Below are positions 20,541 through 32,393 of a DNA stretch of 64,000 bases, piece by piece. This DNA comes from Nitrospirota bacterium (GTDB taxonomy: Bacteria; Nitrospirota; UBA9217). A program made the translations under genes and the position numbers. Within the stretch, counting starts at the first letter, position 1; each line of letters opens with the position of its first letter. The notes beneath the pieces were generated by a model. The model did no database searches. It was not told the origin of the DNA and saw only the letters and a program-made list of their open reading frames with translations. The DNA lies in NCBI GenBank assembly GCA_963796285.1, contig CAWCKW010000013.1:96001-160000 (forward strand), written 5' to 3'.

Positions 20541-21114
20541 CAGCCTTTCTGATCAGCTTCGCTTCTTCCCGTATTCCCGGACAAGCCGGAACCAAAAGGA
20601 AAAAACTAAAAGTCATCTCTCGCAAAGCCGTACCCTGCTGTTGCCAAGGCGCGGGCACAGACAAAGGATGCTAAGAAAACCTTTAACCCTTTTTTTAAAA
20701 AACAAATAATTTGGCCTTTCTTTGCGAGCTTAGAGCCTCAGTGCTGCCCTCTTCTTCGCCATTGAACGAAAATATTCTTGTCGTTTTGACTAGAATTTGA
20801 TTCCTGAGTTACTATAATAACCTCTTTCTGTTCGAGATACGTACAAGCATATCATAAATTTATAATTAACGCGGGCGGGACGCCGTGCCCGCTATCCGGA
20901 ATCTGTACGTACAAGATGAACCCAGGATAACGATGAAGCATACGGGAACAGGTGAAAAGTAAGACAGACCAGGTCGAATGGCCTTCCCCTCTTTCATGAG
21001 TTGCCAAGAATAACTTGTCCTGAAAAAATCGAGTGGCAAGCCGCAATCGTCTGCGAACGCTCCCCCTGTATCCTCGCTCAAGTAAGTCAAGTCATTTCTA
21101 AGAGGAGGTTTCCC

Positions 21115-21633
21115 ATGGCTTCGAACAAAACGATCATCGCTGAAAACGTGCAGGAACATCTTGAAAGGTCAGACTGGAAGGCAGCCATCGCGGAGATGGA
21201 AAAACTGTATGCCATCGACCGGGACCCTCTCATCAGGGTGCGGATCGGCGACGCACGGCTGAAACTCAACCGGAAATGCTCGGCAATAAGGGAATACCTC
21301 CGCGCCGCCGGGCTGTTCGCGGAAAAAGGATTCGTGGTCAAGGCGCTGGCACAGTATAGTCTCGTCTTACGGCTTGATTCCTCGAACGCGTACGCCCGAA
21401 AAAGGATGGAGGTGATGGAGATGCTTCGCCCGGGCAAGACGGCGACGCAGCAGCACCGCGCACCAATGGAATATCTCGCGCCCCAGCCGTTCGAGAGCAC
21501 TATCCCGCCTTATGCGTCCCGAACATTATTAGTAGCAGCTGATGAACAAGCCAAGGAACGTCAGGCTCTTTGCCACTTCGATCCAGCCGGTGGTCTGGAG
21601 CTTCACGCGATAAAGGACAGCCGCAACGACTAA
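21115..21633 (+). CDS. Hypothetical TPR-like protein (3' end uncertain; overlaps ywiC)
   Basis: SD AGAGGAGG before ATG; helical TPR-like RVRIGDARLKL...AEKGFVVKALAQY. Confidence 0.6.
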   Translation: MASNKTIIAENVQEHLERSDWKAAIAEMEKLYAIDRDPLIRVRIGDARLKLNRKCSAIREYLRAAGLFAEKGFVVKALAQYSLVLRLDSSNAYARKRMEVMEMLRPGKTATQQHRAPMEYLAPQPFESTIPPYASRTLLVAADEQAKERQALCHFDPAGGLELHAIKDSRND

Positions 21634-22231
21634 ATTGTCTACGAGAGGCAGAAGAATGATGATCGGGATGTGCATGAGATGATACACAACGACTGCAACA
21701 ACCACGGCGATGGCCGTCAAAACACGGTCCCTCGTTTTCTTCAGCAGTACCGCTTTGATCTTGAATACACCGGCTGAGAAATACAGTGCCACGCCCAGGA
21801 AAAGCCGTACGTCCAGACCGTCCGTCAGCAGGAATTTTGCTAGACACGGCCGCAAGACTGAGAAGCGTAAAACCCAGGACCTCGGTCAGAACAAAGTGCT
21901 CTCCTTTAAGCTTGTTCATGAAAAGATAGAGTGCCGGGAAGATAAGAAGCGGAAGGAGCCTGGGGATATCACCCCGAAAAACACCCACAAGGATCGCCAC
22001 TGCCACAGCGATCTGCCCGAGAAAGACCGTGAGAGATATCCTGTCCCCTGTCCGGCGCACCCATTTCATGAAAGCCTGCTTGGAATTGATCAGCAGCCCA
22101 AGGGCGACAAAAAGGGGTATTGCTGCCCAGGAACAGTCGTGGCTCACGCCCAAGCCGATCAGATACGCAATGATGAGAACGCTCCAGGAGCCGTACTCTT
22201 TCAGGAAATATCCTCGCGCCTCATTTCTCAT
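21529..22231 (-). CDS. YwiC-like membrane protein, frameshift near 21850
   Basis: KEYGSW N-terminal motif, multiple TM helices, C-terminal GWIEV; split across two frames. Confidence 0.75.
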
Positions 22232-22382
22232 GGATGAAATATATCATGGTTTACAGAAGGAAGGTATGAGGGAAATCATATGATGCGAGCAGCAAGGATC
22301 AAAAAAGACAGATCCAGGATGAGATTGTCCAGGTTCTTTTTTCCCCGGATCCCGGCCCCTGAACCTTTGACCCTTTGAAGAT

Positions 22383-23837
22383 TTACATGATCCCGATGAT
22401 GGATGCCCGCGCGTAGTTCAGGAGGTCGGTCGGATACACACCGATCCAGATCACTGCCGTGGCCGAGATCGCAAGCGCAAGCGCGAGAGACGGCGCGGAA
22501 GAGAGTTCGATACTGCCCTTCGGCTCGCTCATGTACATGACCATGATGACCCGGAGGTAGAAGTAGGCGCTGATGGACGAGAACAGCACGCCCGCGACGG
22601 CAAGCCAGACAAGGCCGGCCTGGACCGCGGATTTAAAGATATAGAACTTGCCCACGAACCCGGCCAGGGGCGGAATGCCCGTGAGCGAGAACATGAAGAT
22701 GAGCATGAGGAACGCCGCGGTCTTGTGGGTCTTGCCGAGACCGGCGAAGTCCGTTATCTCCTCACCCCGCTCGCCGGCCTTCCGGAGCATGATCACCACG
22801 CCGAAAGCGCCCATGTTCATGAGCGCGTAGATAAAGACATACAGCATGACGCTCGCTGCGCCTTCCGGCCCCCCAGCGGCCAGGCCGACGAGGGCGTACC
22901 CGGCGTGGGCGATGGACGAATAGGCCAGCATACGCTTGATGTTCGTCTGGGACAGGGCCATGATATTCCCGACCGCCATGGTCAGCACGGCAAGACCGGC
23001 GAGGACCGCGGTGGAATGCTCGTGCAGGGGCCCGAGCGTGTAGAGAAAGATCCGGAGCAGCACGGCGAAGCCGGCGACCTTGGGCCCCGCGGACATGAAC
23101 GCCGTGACCGGCGTCGGCGCCCCTTCGTACACGTCAGGCACCCACATGTGGAAGGGTACCGCGGCCACCTTGAATCCGAAGCTCACGATCAGCATGATCA
23201 TGGACAGGAAAATAACGGGGTTCGTGAGGTCGGCCGACTGCAGGAACAAGAGGATCCCCGCGAGGTTTGTGGTGCCCGAAAGCCCGTACAGGAGCGACAT
23301 GCCGTAAAGCATGATGCCTGACGAGAATGCGCCGAGCACCAGATACTTGATCGCGGCCTCGTTCGACCGGTTGTCCCTCCGCATGAAACCCGCAAGGATA
23401 TAGACAGAGAGCGCCATGAGTTCCAGACCGAGATACAGGGTGATCAGGTCGCCTGCCGACGCCATCATCATCATCCCGCTCGTGGCAAGGAGCATCAGGG
23501 CATAGTATTCGCCGCGATGGATGTCCTCGATCTTCAGATAGTTGATGGACACCAGGATACCTAGGCCGCAGGCACTATAGAAAACAAATTTGATGTACGT
23601 GGAAAAAGGATCGAGCAGGAACGTGCCGTTGAAGAATACCCCGTTCAGGTTCATCAACTTAGTGCTCGCATACGCCGCGATGATAATGCCGCCAAAGCTG
23701 TACCAGCCGAGAATGGCCTTGCGCTCCTTCTCCACAAAAAAATCGAGCACGAGCACCGAAAGCGCCACAACGATCACAACAAGCTCGGGCAGTATCGGGA
23801 GTATGGTTTGCTGAAATTGCTGATACATGCTGGACAT
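22383..23837 (-). CDS. nuoN: NADH-quinone oxidoreductase subunit N
   Basis: EAAIKYLVLG, FKVAAVPFHMWVPDVYEGAPTP, KRMLAYSSIAHAG. Confidence 0.97.
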   Translation of the reverse strand: MSSMYQQFQQTILPILPELVVIVVALSVLVLDFFVEKERKAILGWYSFGGIIIAAYASTKLMNLNGVFFNGTFLLDPFSTYIKFVFYSACGLGILVSINYLKIEDIHRGEYYALMLLATSGMMMMASAGDLITLYLGLELMALSVYILAGFMRRDNRSNEAAIKYLVLGAFSSGIMLYGMSLLYGLSGTTNLAGILLFLQSADLTNPVIFLSMIMLIVSFGFKVAAVPFHMWVPDVYEGAPTPVTAFMSAGPKVAGFAVLLRIFLYTLGPLHEHSTAVLAGLAVLTMAVGNIMALSQTNIKRMLAYSSIAHAGYALVGLAAGGPEGAASVMLYVFIYALMNMGAFGVVIMLRKAGERGEEITDFAGLGKTHKTAAFLMLIFMFSLTGIPPLAGFVGKFYIFKSAVQAGLVWLAVAGVLFSSISAYFYLRVIMVMYMSEPKGSIELSSAPSLALALAISATAVIWIGVYPTDLLNYARASIIGIM

Positions 23838-23854
23838 CGGGTTCTCCTTGACCG

Positions 23855-25394
<1,540 letters not shown>

Positions 25395-25506
25395 GGATCA
25401 GGCTCCTTTAACGAACGAATAAATAGCACCGAACGGATCTATTTTGCAAATATCGTGTACGCCGATGAACGGTGTACGGTGAACCGTGAACGCTGAGCAT
25501 TGAACG

Positions 25507-27432
25507 TTATTTTAAAATATAATACAACCCGAGCAGCACCACGAGACCTAGACCCATCGTGAATGCGTACTGCTGGACGAACCCGGATTGAAGCTTCTTG
25601 CCGCGCTGGCTCGTACTGCCGATGGCGGTTGCCAACCCGTTGATAAGACCATCAATGATCTTGACATCTCCCACCGTATAGAGGAACCTTGCTGTTTTGT
25701 GGACCAGTCCGTCGACGAAGAGATAGTTATAGATCTCGTCAACGTAGTATTTATTGAGAAAAAGACTGTACCCATTTTTAAACTTTTTAGCGATCCTATC
25801 GGGCCAGGCGCTTTCTGTCTTATACATGCCCATCGCCAAACGCCAACCTGCCGCCGCAATGCCGACCGACAAGAGCATTGCGAAAAGCTCGGCTGAATGG
25901 CTGCCGGTTTCTGATGCGTGTTCGGCAGGGGGAAAGAGCGGCGCGAGAAATTCTCCAAAGAGATTTCCACCGTGGATGATAGGCATGCCGATGAATCCGA
26001 TGGTGGTTGAGAAAAAGGCGAGGATCATGAGCGGCACGGTCATCACCCGGGGAGATTCATGCACATGATGCGCGACCTCGTGGTCCACGTGTGACGTGTT
26101 GTAAAAAGTAAGGTAGATCAGCCGGAACGAGTAGAATGCCGTCATAAAAGCACCGACAAGTCCGAGAAACCAGAGCGCTGGTCCGATCGAAGAGGCGTTG
26201 TAAGCGCTCCAGAGGATCTCATCCTTGCTGAAGAAACCGGCAAATGGCGGGATGCCGGACAATGCCAGAGTTCCGATAAAAAATACCGCCCACGTGATTT
26301 TTATTTTTGGCTTGAGCGCACCCATCTTGCGCATGTCCTGCTCGCCGGACAGGGCGTGGATAACGCTACCCGAGGCCAAGAACAGGAGCCCTTTAAAGAA
26401 GGCGTGAGTCGTGAGGTGAAAGATGCCGGCCGAGAACGCACCGACCCCCAGCGCCAGGAACATGTAGCCAAGCTGGCTGATCGTGGAATAGGCGATCACG
26501 CGCTTGATGTCATTCTGCACCAGGCCGATCGTCGCGGCAAAGATCGCGGTAAGAGCGCCGACGATCGCCACCGTGTTCATCGCCGTCGCGGAGAGCGAGA
26601 AGATCGGCGCGCAGCGCGCGATCATGAACACGCCCGCGGTGACCATGGTCGCGGCGTGGATCAGGGCGCTTACCGGCGTCGGGCCTTCCATGGCATCCGG
26701 CAACCAGACGTAGAGCGGCAGCTGCGCGGACTTGCCCGTTGCTCCCAGGAACAGGAGGAGCGCGATGAGGGTTATGACGCTGATCTCGCCGCCGAACAGA
26801 TGGTACGGGGCATTCCCGACGGCCGAGTGCACCGAGGCAAAGACCTCGGAGAAATCCAGGGTGCCGAAGGTAAGAAAAATGAGCAGGACGGCGAGCACAA
26901 ATCCGAAGTCACCGACGCGGTTCACGACAAAGGCCTTGATACCGGCGTCTGAAGCGGATTTTTTTTCGTACCAGAAGCCGATCAGAAGGTAGGAGCAGAG
27001 ACCGACGCCCTCCCAGCCGACGAACATGACCAGAAAGTTATTGGCCATTACCAGCACGAGCATGAAGAAGGTAAAGAGCGCCAGATAGGCGAAGAACCGG
27101 GGATATCCCTTGTCGCCGTGCATGTAGCCCACGGAGTAAATATGGATAAGCGAACTGAGCGTGGTCACGACGAGCAGCATCACCGCGGTGAGCTGGTCGA
27201 TCTGGAACCCCACGTTCACCGAGAAGGTCCCGATGGAGATCCAGGAGTAAAAGTTCTCGTTCAGGTGGACACCCGCGACCACATCGAAAAATGCGCTGAC
27301 GGACAGGATGAACGCGCCGATAACGCCGGCGATGGGGAAATATGCGGACTTCTCCTTCAGGAATTTACCAAACAATCCCGCGATAAGGAATCCGGCGAAC
27401 GGCAGCAGCGGTATCAGTGCGTAGGTGAGCAT
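25507..27432 (-). CDS. nuoL: NADH-quinone oxidoreductase subunit L
   Basis: WEGVGLCSYLLIGFW, GKSAQLPLYVWLPDAMEGPTPVSALIHAATMV. Confidence 0.97.
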   Translation of the reverse strand: MLTYALIPLLPFAGFLIAGLFGKFLKEKSAYFPIAGVIGAFILSVSAFFDVVAGVHLNENFYSWISIGTFSVNVGFQIDQLTAVMLLVVTTLSSLIHIYSVGYMHGDKGYPRFFAYLALFTFFMLVLVMANNFLVMFVGWEGVGLCSYLLIGFWYEKKSASDAGIKAFVVNRVGDFGFVLAVLLIFLTFGTLDFSEVFASVHSAVGNAPYHLFGGEISVITLIALLLFLGATGKSAQLPLYVWLPDAMEGPTPVSALIHAATMVTAGVFMIARCAPIFSLSATAMNTVAIVGALTAIFAATIGLVQNDIKRVIAYSTISQLGYMFLALGVGAFSAGIFHLTTHAFFKGLLFLASGSVIHALSGEQDMRKMGALKPKIKITWAVFFIGTLALSGIPPFAGFFSKDEILWSAYNASSIGPALWFLGLVGAFMTAFYSFRLIYLTFYNTSHVDHEVAHHVHESPRVMTVPLMILAFFSTTIGFIGMPIIHGGNLFGEFLAPLFPPAEHASETGSHSAELFAMLLSVGIAAAGWRLAMGMYKTESAWPDRIAKKFKNGYSLFLNKYYVDEIYNYLFVDGLVHKTARFLYTVGDVKIIDGLINGLATAIGSTSQRGKKLQSGFVQQYAFTMGLGLVVLLGLYYILK

Positions 27433-27559
27433 AGGTACTCCCAATAAGGAATCTGTTGAGTCTGACAAGATTATGGGGTCTAAGGAGCGTCAGGAGCCCG
27501 CAACCCTGACCGCAACTATCGAGACGCTCCGGATCCGTTTGATTCTCGGGACCCGAAGA

Positions 27560-27862
27560 TCATCCCTTCAAGATATTAAACTCATCCGCGTATACGGTCC
27601 CACGGTTCCGCGAGATCAGGATGATGATCGCAAGCGCAACTGCCGCCTCGGCCGCCGCCACGGTAATGACGAAGATCACGAACACCTGCCCCGTGAGCGA
27701 CTGCAGATAGTGCGAGAATGCCACCAGGTTGATGTTCGCCGCGTTCAGCATGAGCTCAATAGACATGAGAATTATGAATATATTTCGCCGGGAGAGCACG
27801 CCCACCACGCCGATGGTGAACAGCAGCGCGCTCAGGATCACGTACCAGGACAGGGGGATCAT
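27560..27862 (-). CDS. nuoK: NADH-quinone oxidoreductase subunit K
   Basis: [29 protein letters not shown]. Confidence 0.96.
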   Translation of the reverse strand: MIPLSWYVILSALLFTIGVVGVLSRRNIFIILMSIELMLNAANINLVAFSHYLQSLTGQVFVIFVITVAAAEAAVALAIIILISRNRGTVYADEFNILKG

Positions 27863-27997
27863 AAAACCTCCAGAATCACCGTAGTCAGTAGTCAGTAGCC
27901 AGAAGTCAGAAATCAGAAGAGAGAAGAAAAAACCGGCCATACGGCAGCTACCGATTTACTCCCAGCTCTGTATTCTTGCTCCCGTCTCCTTCTCGTT

Positions 27998-28504
27998 TTA
28001 CTCCTTCACATTCTTCTTCGCCAGCATGACAGCGCCCACCAGACCTACGAGGAGGATGACGGACGCGATCTCGAATGGCACCAGATACTTCTGGTACAAT
28101 GCCATCCCCAGTTCTTTGACACCTGTGCCCGCGAGCAGCATGGGTTGACCGGTGTCTGCGGGGAACGTGCCGCGCGAGATCAACAGTACGATCTCACCTG
28201 CGATCAGTATCCCGAACCCAACCATCCAGGGCCAGAACCGGTTCGCCCGGGCGGCGGAGCTTTCCCGGTCGACATTCAGAAGCATGACCACGAAAAGGTA
28301 GAGGATCAGGATGGCGCCGGCGTATACGATGATCTGCACTGCCGCCAGGAACTCGGCATTGAGCAGAACAAAGACCCCCGCTATATGGAAGAAGAGGAGC
28401 AGCATGAACAAGATACTGTGCACCGGATTCCGGCGCGTGATCGTGAGGATTGCCGATGCCAGGATCACTATGGCAAAGTAAAGGAAAACGAACTTGTTCA
28501 TCAT
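27998..28504 (-). CDS. nuoJ: NADH-quinone oxidoreductase subunit J
   Basis: NPVHS, QIIVYAGAILILYLFVVMLL, PFEIASVILL. Confidence 0.96.
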   Translation of the reverse strand: MMNKFVFLYFAIVILASAILTITRRNPVHSILFMLLLFFHIAGVFVLLNAEFLAAVQIIVYAGAILILYLFVVMLLNVDRESSAARANRFWPWMVGFGILIAGEIVLLISRGTFPADTGQPMLLAGTGVKELGMALYQKYLVPFEIASVILLVGLVGAVMLAKKNVKE

Positions 28505-28971
28505 TGTTTTTTTACCGCCTTTTTGCCCATATAGCGATCTCCACCCTCAACGAGCCGGTTCTTGGAATAGAACGCGTCGTTCCGGGAGTAGCAGGCAAGT
28601 TCGAACTCCGGCGTCATCAGGATCGCGGACACAGGACAGGCATCGATGCAGAAGCCGCAGAACACACACCGGAGCAGGTCGAGTTCATAGGCCATCACCA
28701 GCTTCTGGTGCTCAGGACCTTCGGTCGTCACCACGGTGATGGCCTTGGACGGACAGACCGCCTCGCACAGACCGCACCCGATGCATGCTTCCTTTCCCGT
28801 TTCATCGCGACGCATGGCGTGAAGTCCGCGCGACCCCGGGATCGGCTTCCGCTTGAACGTGGGATACTGCCGGGTGACCGCCGGGGCCAGCATGGTTTTG
28901 AGCGTCAAGGCCATTCCCTGGGCGATCTCGAACAGGAATATCTTTTTGAGCAGTTTTGTTATTTTGTTCAT
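28501..28971 (-). CDS. nuoI: NADH-quinone oxidoreductase subunit I
   Basis: CIGCGLCEAVCP and CVFCGFCIDACP. Confidence 0.96.
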   Translation of the reverse strand: MNKITKLLKKIFLFEIAQGMALTLKTMLAPAVTRQYPTFKRKPIPGSRGLHAMRRDETGKEACIGCGLCEAVCPSKAITVVTTEGPEHQKLVMAYELDLLRCVFCGFCIDACPVSAILMTPEFELACYSRNDAFYSKNRLVEGGDRYMGKKAVKKQ

Positions 28972-29007
28972 CGCCGTCAACTCCTCACTCCGCACTCCGA
29001 ACTGCTT

Positions 29008-30102
29008 CTAAAGCCATCCCATCTGCTTCATTCCGGCCGCCACCAGCAAGGTACCGAGCGACAGAGGAAGCAGCACCTTCCAGGAGATCGTCATAAGCTG
29101 GTCATACCGGTACCGGGGAAGCGTGGCCCGGAGCCATATGTAGAAGAATATGAAAAAGTAGAGTTTGCCGAACAGCCAGAATATCGGGGGGATGGCGGCC
29201 AGCATCCGGTTGATCCAGGCTATATGGGCGAGGTGGCCGAGCGTCTGCGGCAGGATCTGCACCGGCAGCCAGCCTCCCAGGAACATGATACTCACGAGCA
29301 GCGATACGACCATCATGTTCACATACTCCGCCATGTAGAACAACCCGAAGCGGATACCGCTGTACTCGGTGAAGTACCCGGCAACGAGTTCGCTCTCTGC
29401 TTCAGGAAGGTCAAACGGCACACGGTTCGTTTCGGCGATGCCCGCCATCAGGTAAAGGGCAAAGGCCACGGGCCCGACCGGCAACGCGACGATGAACCAC
29501 CTCTTGGACTGGGCATTCACAATGTCGGTCAGGTTCAGAGACCCGGCCATGAGCACCACGGTGATGATGGCAAAGGCCATGGGGATCTCGTAGCTGATCA
29601 TCTGCGCCGCGGAGCGGAAGCCGCCCATGAGGGAATACTTGTTGTTCGAGGCCCAGCCGGCCATGATCACGCCATACGTACCGATGCTGGCAAATGCGAT
29701 GATATAGAGAACGCCGATGTTCAGGTTGGAGATATAGAGCGGGACCTTGTGGGACAGGAGCCCGTAGAAATTCGTCGGCGGACCGAACGGCAGCACTACG
29801 ATGGCCCCGAAGGCCATGACGAACAGGATCAGGGGCGCAATGCTGAACACCCACTTGTCGGCCTTGGCGGGGATGACGTCTTCTTTCAGCAGGAACTTGA
29901 CGGCATCGGCAATGGGCTGCAGGAGTCCGTGCCATCCGGCCCGCATGGGTCCGAGCCTCGACTGCATATGCGCAAGCACCTTACGCTCCATGTAGGGTAA
30001 ATACATGATATTGGCCAGGAGGAATGCCACCAGGACCAGGGCCGGTATAAGGAAGATCACCAGCATCAGGATGCTATTCAGAACGTGATGGATATCGGGC
30101 AT
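29008..30102 (-). CDS. nuoH: NADH-quinone oxidoreductase subunit H
   Basis: ERKVLAHMQSRLGP, GLLQPIADAVK, ETNRVPFDLPEAESELVAG. Confidence 0.97.
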   Translation of the reverse strand: MPDIHHVLNSILMLVIFLIPALVLVAFLLANIMYLPYMERKVLAHMQSRLGPMRAGWHGLLQPIADAVKFLLKEDVIPAKADKWVFSIAPLILFVMAFGAIVVLPFGPPTNFYGLLSHKVPLYISNLNIGVLYIIAFASIGTYGVIMAGWASNNKYSLMGGFRSAAQMISYEIPMAFAIITVVLMAGSLNLTDIVNAQSKRWFIVALPVGPVAFALYLMAGIAETNRVPFDLPEAESELVAGYFTEYSGIRFGLFYMAEYVNMMVVSLLVSIMFLGGWLPVQILPQTLGHLAHIAWINRMLAAIPPIFWLFGKLYFFIFFYIWLRATLPRYRYDQLMTISWKVLLPLSLGTLLVAAGMKQMGWL

Positions 30103-30111
30103 GGTCTGCTC

Positions 30112-32286
30112 CTATACTTCAATCTTCAAATGCCGTATGGTACCGATTTCATGCGAACGCGTAATCGTCCCGCCTGAGGAGAAAAGCAGCCTCTCGGCCG
30201 TCAGCACTTCCTGCGTCATGATCGAGTCCGAATGAAGCGAGAGATCGATGTCCGTATTCATCAGCGGGGACTTCTCGCGCGGCCAGCATGCGCCGATCGC
30301 GAGGTCCGCGTACATCGGCACAACCGCCCTGATCTCGTTCATAATATCCCGGGCCGAGGCATAGTGCATCGGGTCGCCCATCCGCTTTGCTATATCCTGA
30401 ATGATTTCCCAATCCGGCCGTGACTCTCCGATCGGCTCTTCCGCCTTGTTCAGCTGCTGGAGCCTGCGTTCCAGGTTGGTGAACGTACCGGTCTTCTCCG
30501 CGCTCGCCGCCGCCGGGAGCACCACGTCGGCGATCATCGCCGTCTCGGTCATGAAGATGTCCTGCACGACCAGGAACTCGAGCTTGTCGAGCTGCTGCTG
30601 GAGGCGCCGGTCGCTCCCGACCGGATCATCGCCCATGATATAAAGCGCCGCGAGCTTGCCCGGCGCAATGGCCTCTATCATCTCGATGGCGTTCATGCCG
30701 GGCGTTTCAGATAGGACCGCGTTCCAAGCGCTCGCAAACACGGCGGTCTGGTCAATGTCCACCGAGCGATAGCCGGGGTAATAGGCCGGGTGCATCCCCA
30801 TATCGAGCGTCCCCTGGAAGTTGCTTCGCCGTACCAGAGGATAATGCGTGACGTTCTTGAGCTGCCCTGAGAGCTCCTTGATCTGCACGAACTCCTTGTC
30901 GGTCATCCGTGCTGGGACGATGATCGCAACACTCTTGGCCGCCTTCAGAAGCTCAACAGCCTTCAATACCTCGCTCCCGCCCTTTTCGGAGGAGAGAGCG
31001 GATACCAGTCCCTCGATCGCTTTTTCTGAGCTGTCAGGAATGACCACCGAGGCGATCTTGTTGAATTTATTTTGCTCGCTGTTAACGAGTATGACCTTCC
31101 GCTCCTTCCGTGTCACGGCACGGACGATCTCAATGCCGGTAAGCGGATTGATCTCTCCCACATTTTTATCGAGAACGAGGATAACGTCGTGCTCGCTCAT
31201 CTTGTTCAATTCTCCCGAGAAAAACGCCGTATTCAGTCCTTTTGGCACTTTCAGCCTCGCGAGCATGTCCACATTGTTCGTCCCGACCACGGCGCGCATG
31301 AACTTCTGAAAAAGATAGCTATCTTCATTCGTTGTCCGGACCGAACCGAGCGCGCCGATGCTCTGAGGCCCGCGCTTGCTCTTGATCACCTTGAGCGTGG
31401 TCGCGATGACCGACAGCGCCTCGTCCCAGTTGCAATCCACGAGTTCGCCGCCGATCCGCATCTTCGGGGTCGTGATCCTCTCGCTGCTGTGAACAGCATC
31501 CCAGCCGAAACGGCCCTTGGCGCAGAGATAGTTATCCTTGGCCGGACCCACGCGCATGATCTTCCCGTCGCGTGTTTCATACTGGATCCCGCAGCCGCAG
31601 CCGCAGTAGTTGCAGACCGACTTGGTCCCCTCGAGGTTCCAGCTCCGTGCCTTGTATTTGAACTGGCGCGTGGTAAGCGCGCCCACGGGACAGATCTCGG
31701 TGCACTCGCCGCAGAACTCACAGTCGAGCGGACGGTCGAAGTCAGTGCTGATACGCGCCCTCGTTCCCCTGCGGGTAAAGGCCCACTCTCCCACGCCGTT
31801 CTGTTCATCGCAGATCCTGACACATTTTCCACAGAGAATGCAGCGGCTGATGTTGCGTTCCACGATCGGGCTCTCCAGGTCCGGCGGGAGGTACCCTTTT
31901 TCAGCGTCGAACCGGCTCGGTGCGAGACCGTATTCGTGAACAAGGTCCTGAAGCTGGCACTCGCCGGCCTTGTCGCAGACCGGGCAGTCGAGCGGGTGCT
32001 TGATCAGCAGGAGTTCGAGCACCATCCGCCGCGCCTCAATGAGCGCCGGGCTTGTCGTTCTGACGACCATATTATCAGTGGCCGGCGTGGTGCAGGACGG
32101 CGTGAACTTGCGGGGGGTTCCCTCCACCTCAACCAGGCAGATCCTGCAGGCGCCGAAGGGATGCAATTTATTGTCCTGGCACAAGGTCGGCACCCGTGAT
32201 CCCGCCGCGTTAGCAGCGTCAAGGATGGTGGACCCGTGGGGCACCTCGACCTTCTTTCCATCAACCGTAACCGTCATTTTCAACAT
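30112..32286 (-). CDS. nuoG: NuoG-like subunit (Fe-S relay + degenerate molybdopterin-oxidoreductase fold)
   Basis: [2Fe-2S] (PTLC...GACRIC...C), HPLDCPVCDKAGEC, CILCGKCVRIC, CEFCGECTEICP, CNYCGCGC; no Cys/Sec-His Mo ligand. Confidence 0.85.
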   Translation of the reverse strand: MLKMTVTVDGKKVEVPHGSTILDAANAAGSRVPTLCQDNKLHPFGACRICLVEVEGTPRKFTPSCTTPATDNMVVRTTSPALIEARRMVLELLLIKHPLDCPVCDKAGECQLQDLVHEYGLAPSRFDAEKGYLPPDLESPIVERNISRCILCGKCVRICDEQNGVGEWAFTRRGTRARISTDFDRPLDCEFCGECTEICPVGALTTRQFKYKARSWNLEGTKSVCNYCGCGCGIQYETRDGKIMRVGPAKDNYLCAKGRFGWDAVHSSERITTPKMRIGGELVDCNWDEALSVIATTLKVIKSKRGPQSIGALGSVRTTNEDSYLFQKFMRAVVGTNNVDMLARLKVPKGLNTAFFSGELNKMSEHDVILVLDKNVGEINPLTGIEIVRAVTRKERKVILVNSEQNKFNKIASVVIPDSSEKAIEGLVSALSSEKGGSEVLKAVELLKAAKSVAIIVPARMTDKEFVQIKELSGQLKNVTHYPLVRRSNFQGTLDMGMHPAYYPGYRSVDIDQTAVFASAWNAVLSETPGMNAIEMIEAIAPGKLAALYIMGDDPVGSDRRLQQQLDKLEFLVVQDIFMTETAMIADVVLPAAASAEKTGTFTNLERRLQQLNKAEEPIGESRPDWEIIQDIAKRMGDPMHYASARDIMNEIRAVVPMYADLAIGACWPREKSPLMNTDIDLSLHSDSIMTQEVLTAERLLFSSGGTITRSHEIGTIRHLKIEV

Positions 32287-32393
32287 AGTTTTTACCTTAA
32301 ACCTTTTTACCACAGAGATCACAGAGATTTGAACCTGACGTGTCAAATCTTTCCTGTTTCTTCTCTGCGTCCTCTGTGGTGAAGATTTTATTC

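Noticed and set aside
27470-27556. c-di-GMP-I (GEMM) riboswitch suggested by GGGTCTAAG
   Set aside because: It lacks the GGCAAA/GAAA/CGCAAAG core and is on the wrong strand for nuo; a simple hairpin (GGAGCGTC/GACGCTCC)
30112-32286. Selenocysteine formate dehydrogenase or [FeFe] HydA
   Set aside because: No in-frame TGA or Cys-His at the Mo-ligand position and no H-cluster motifs
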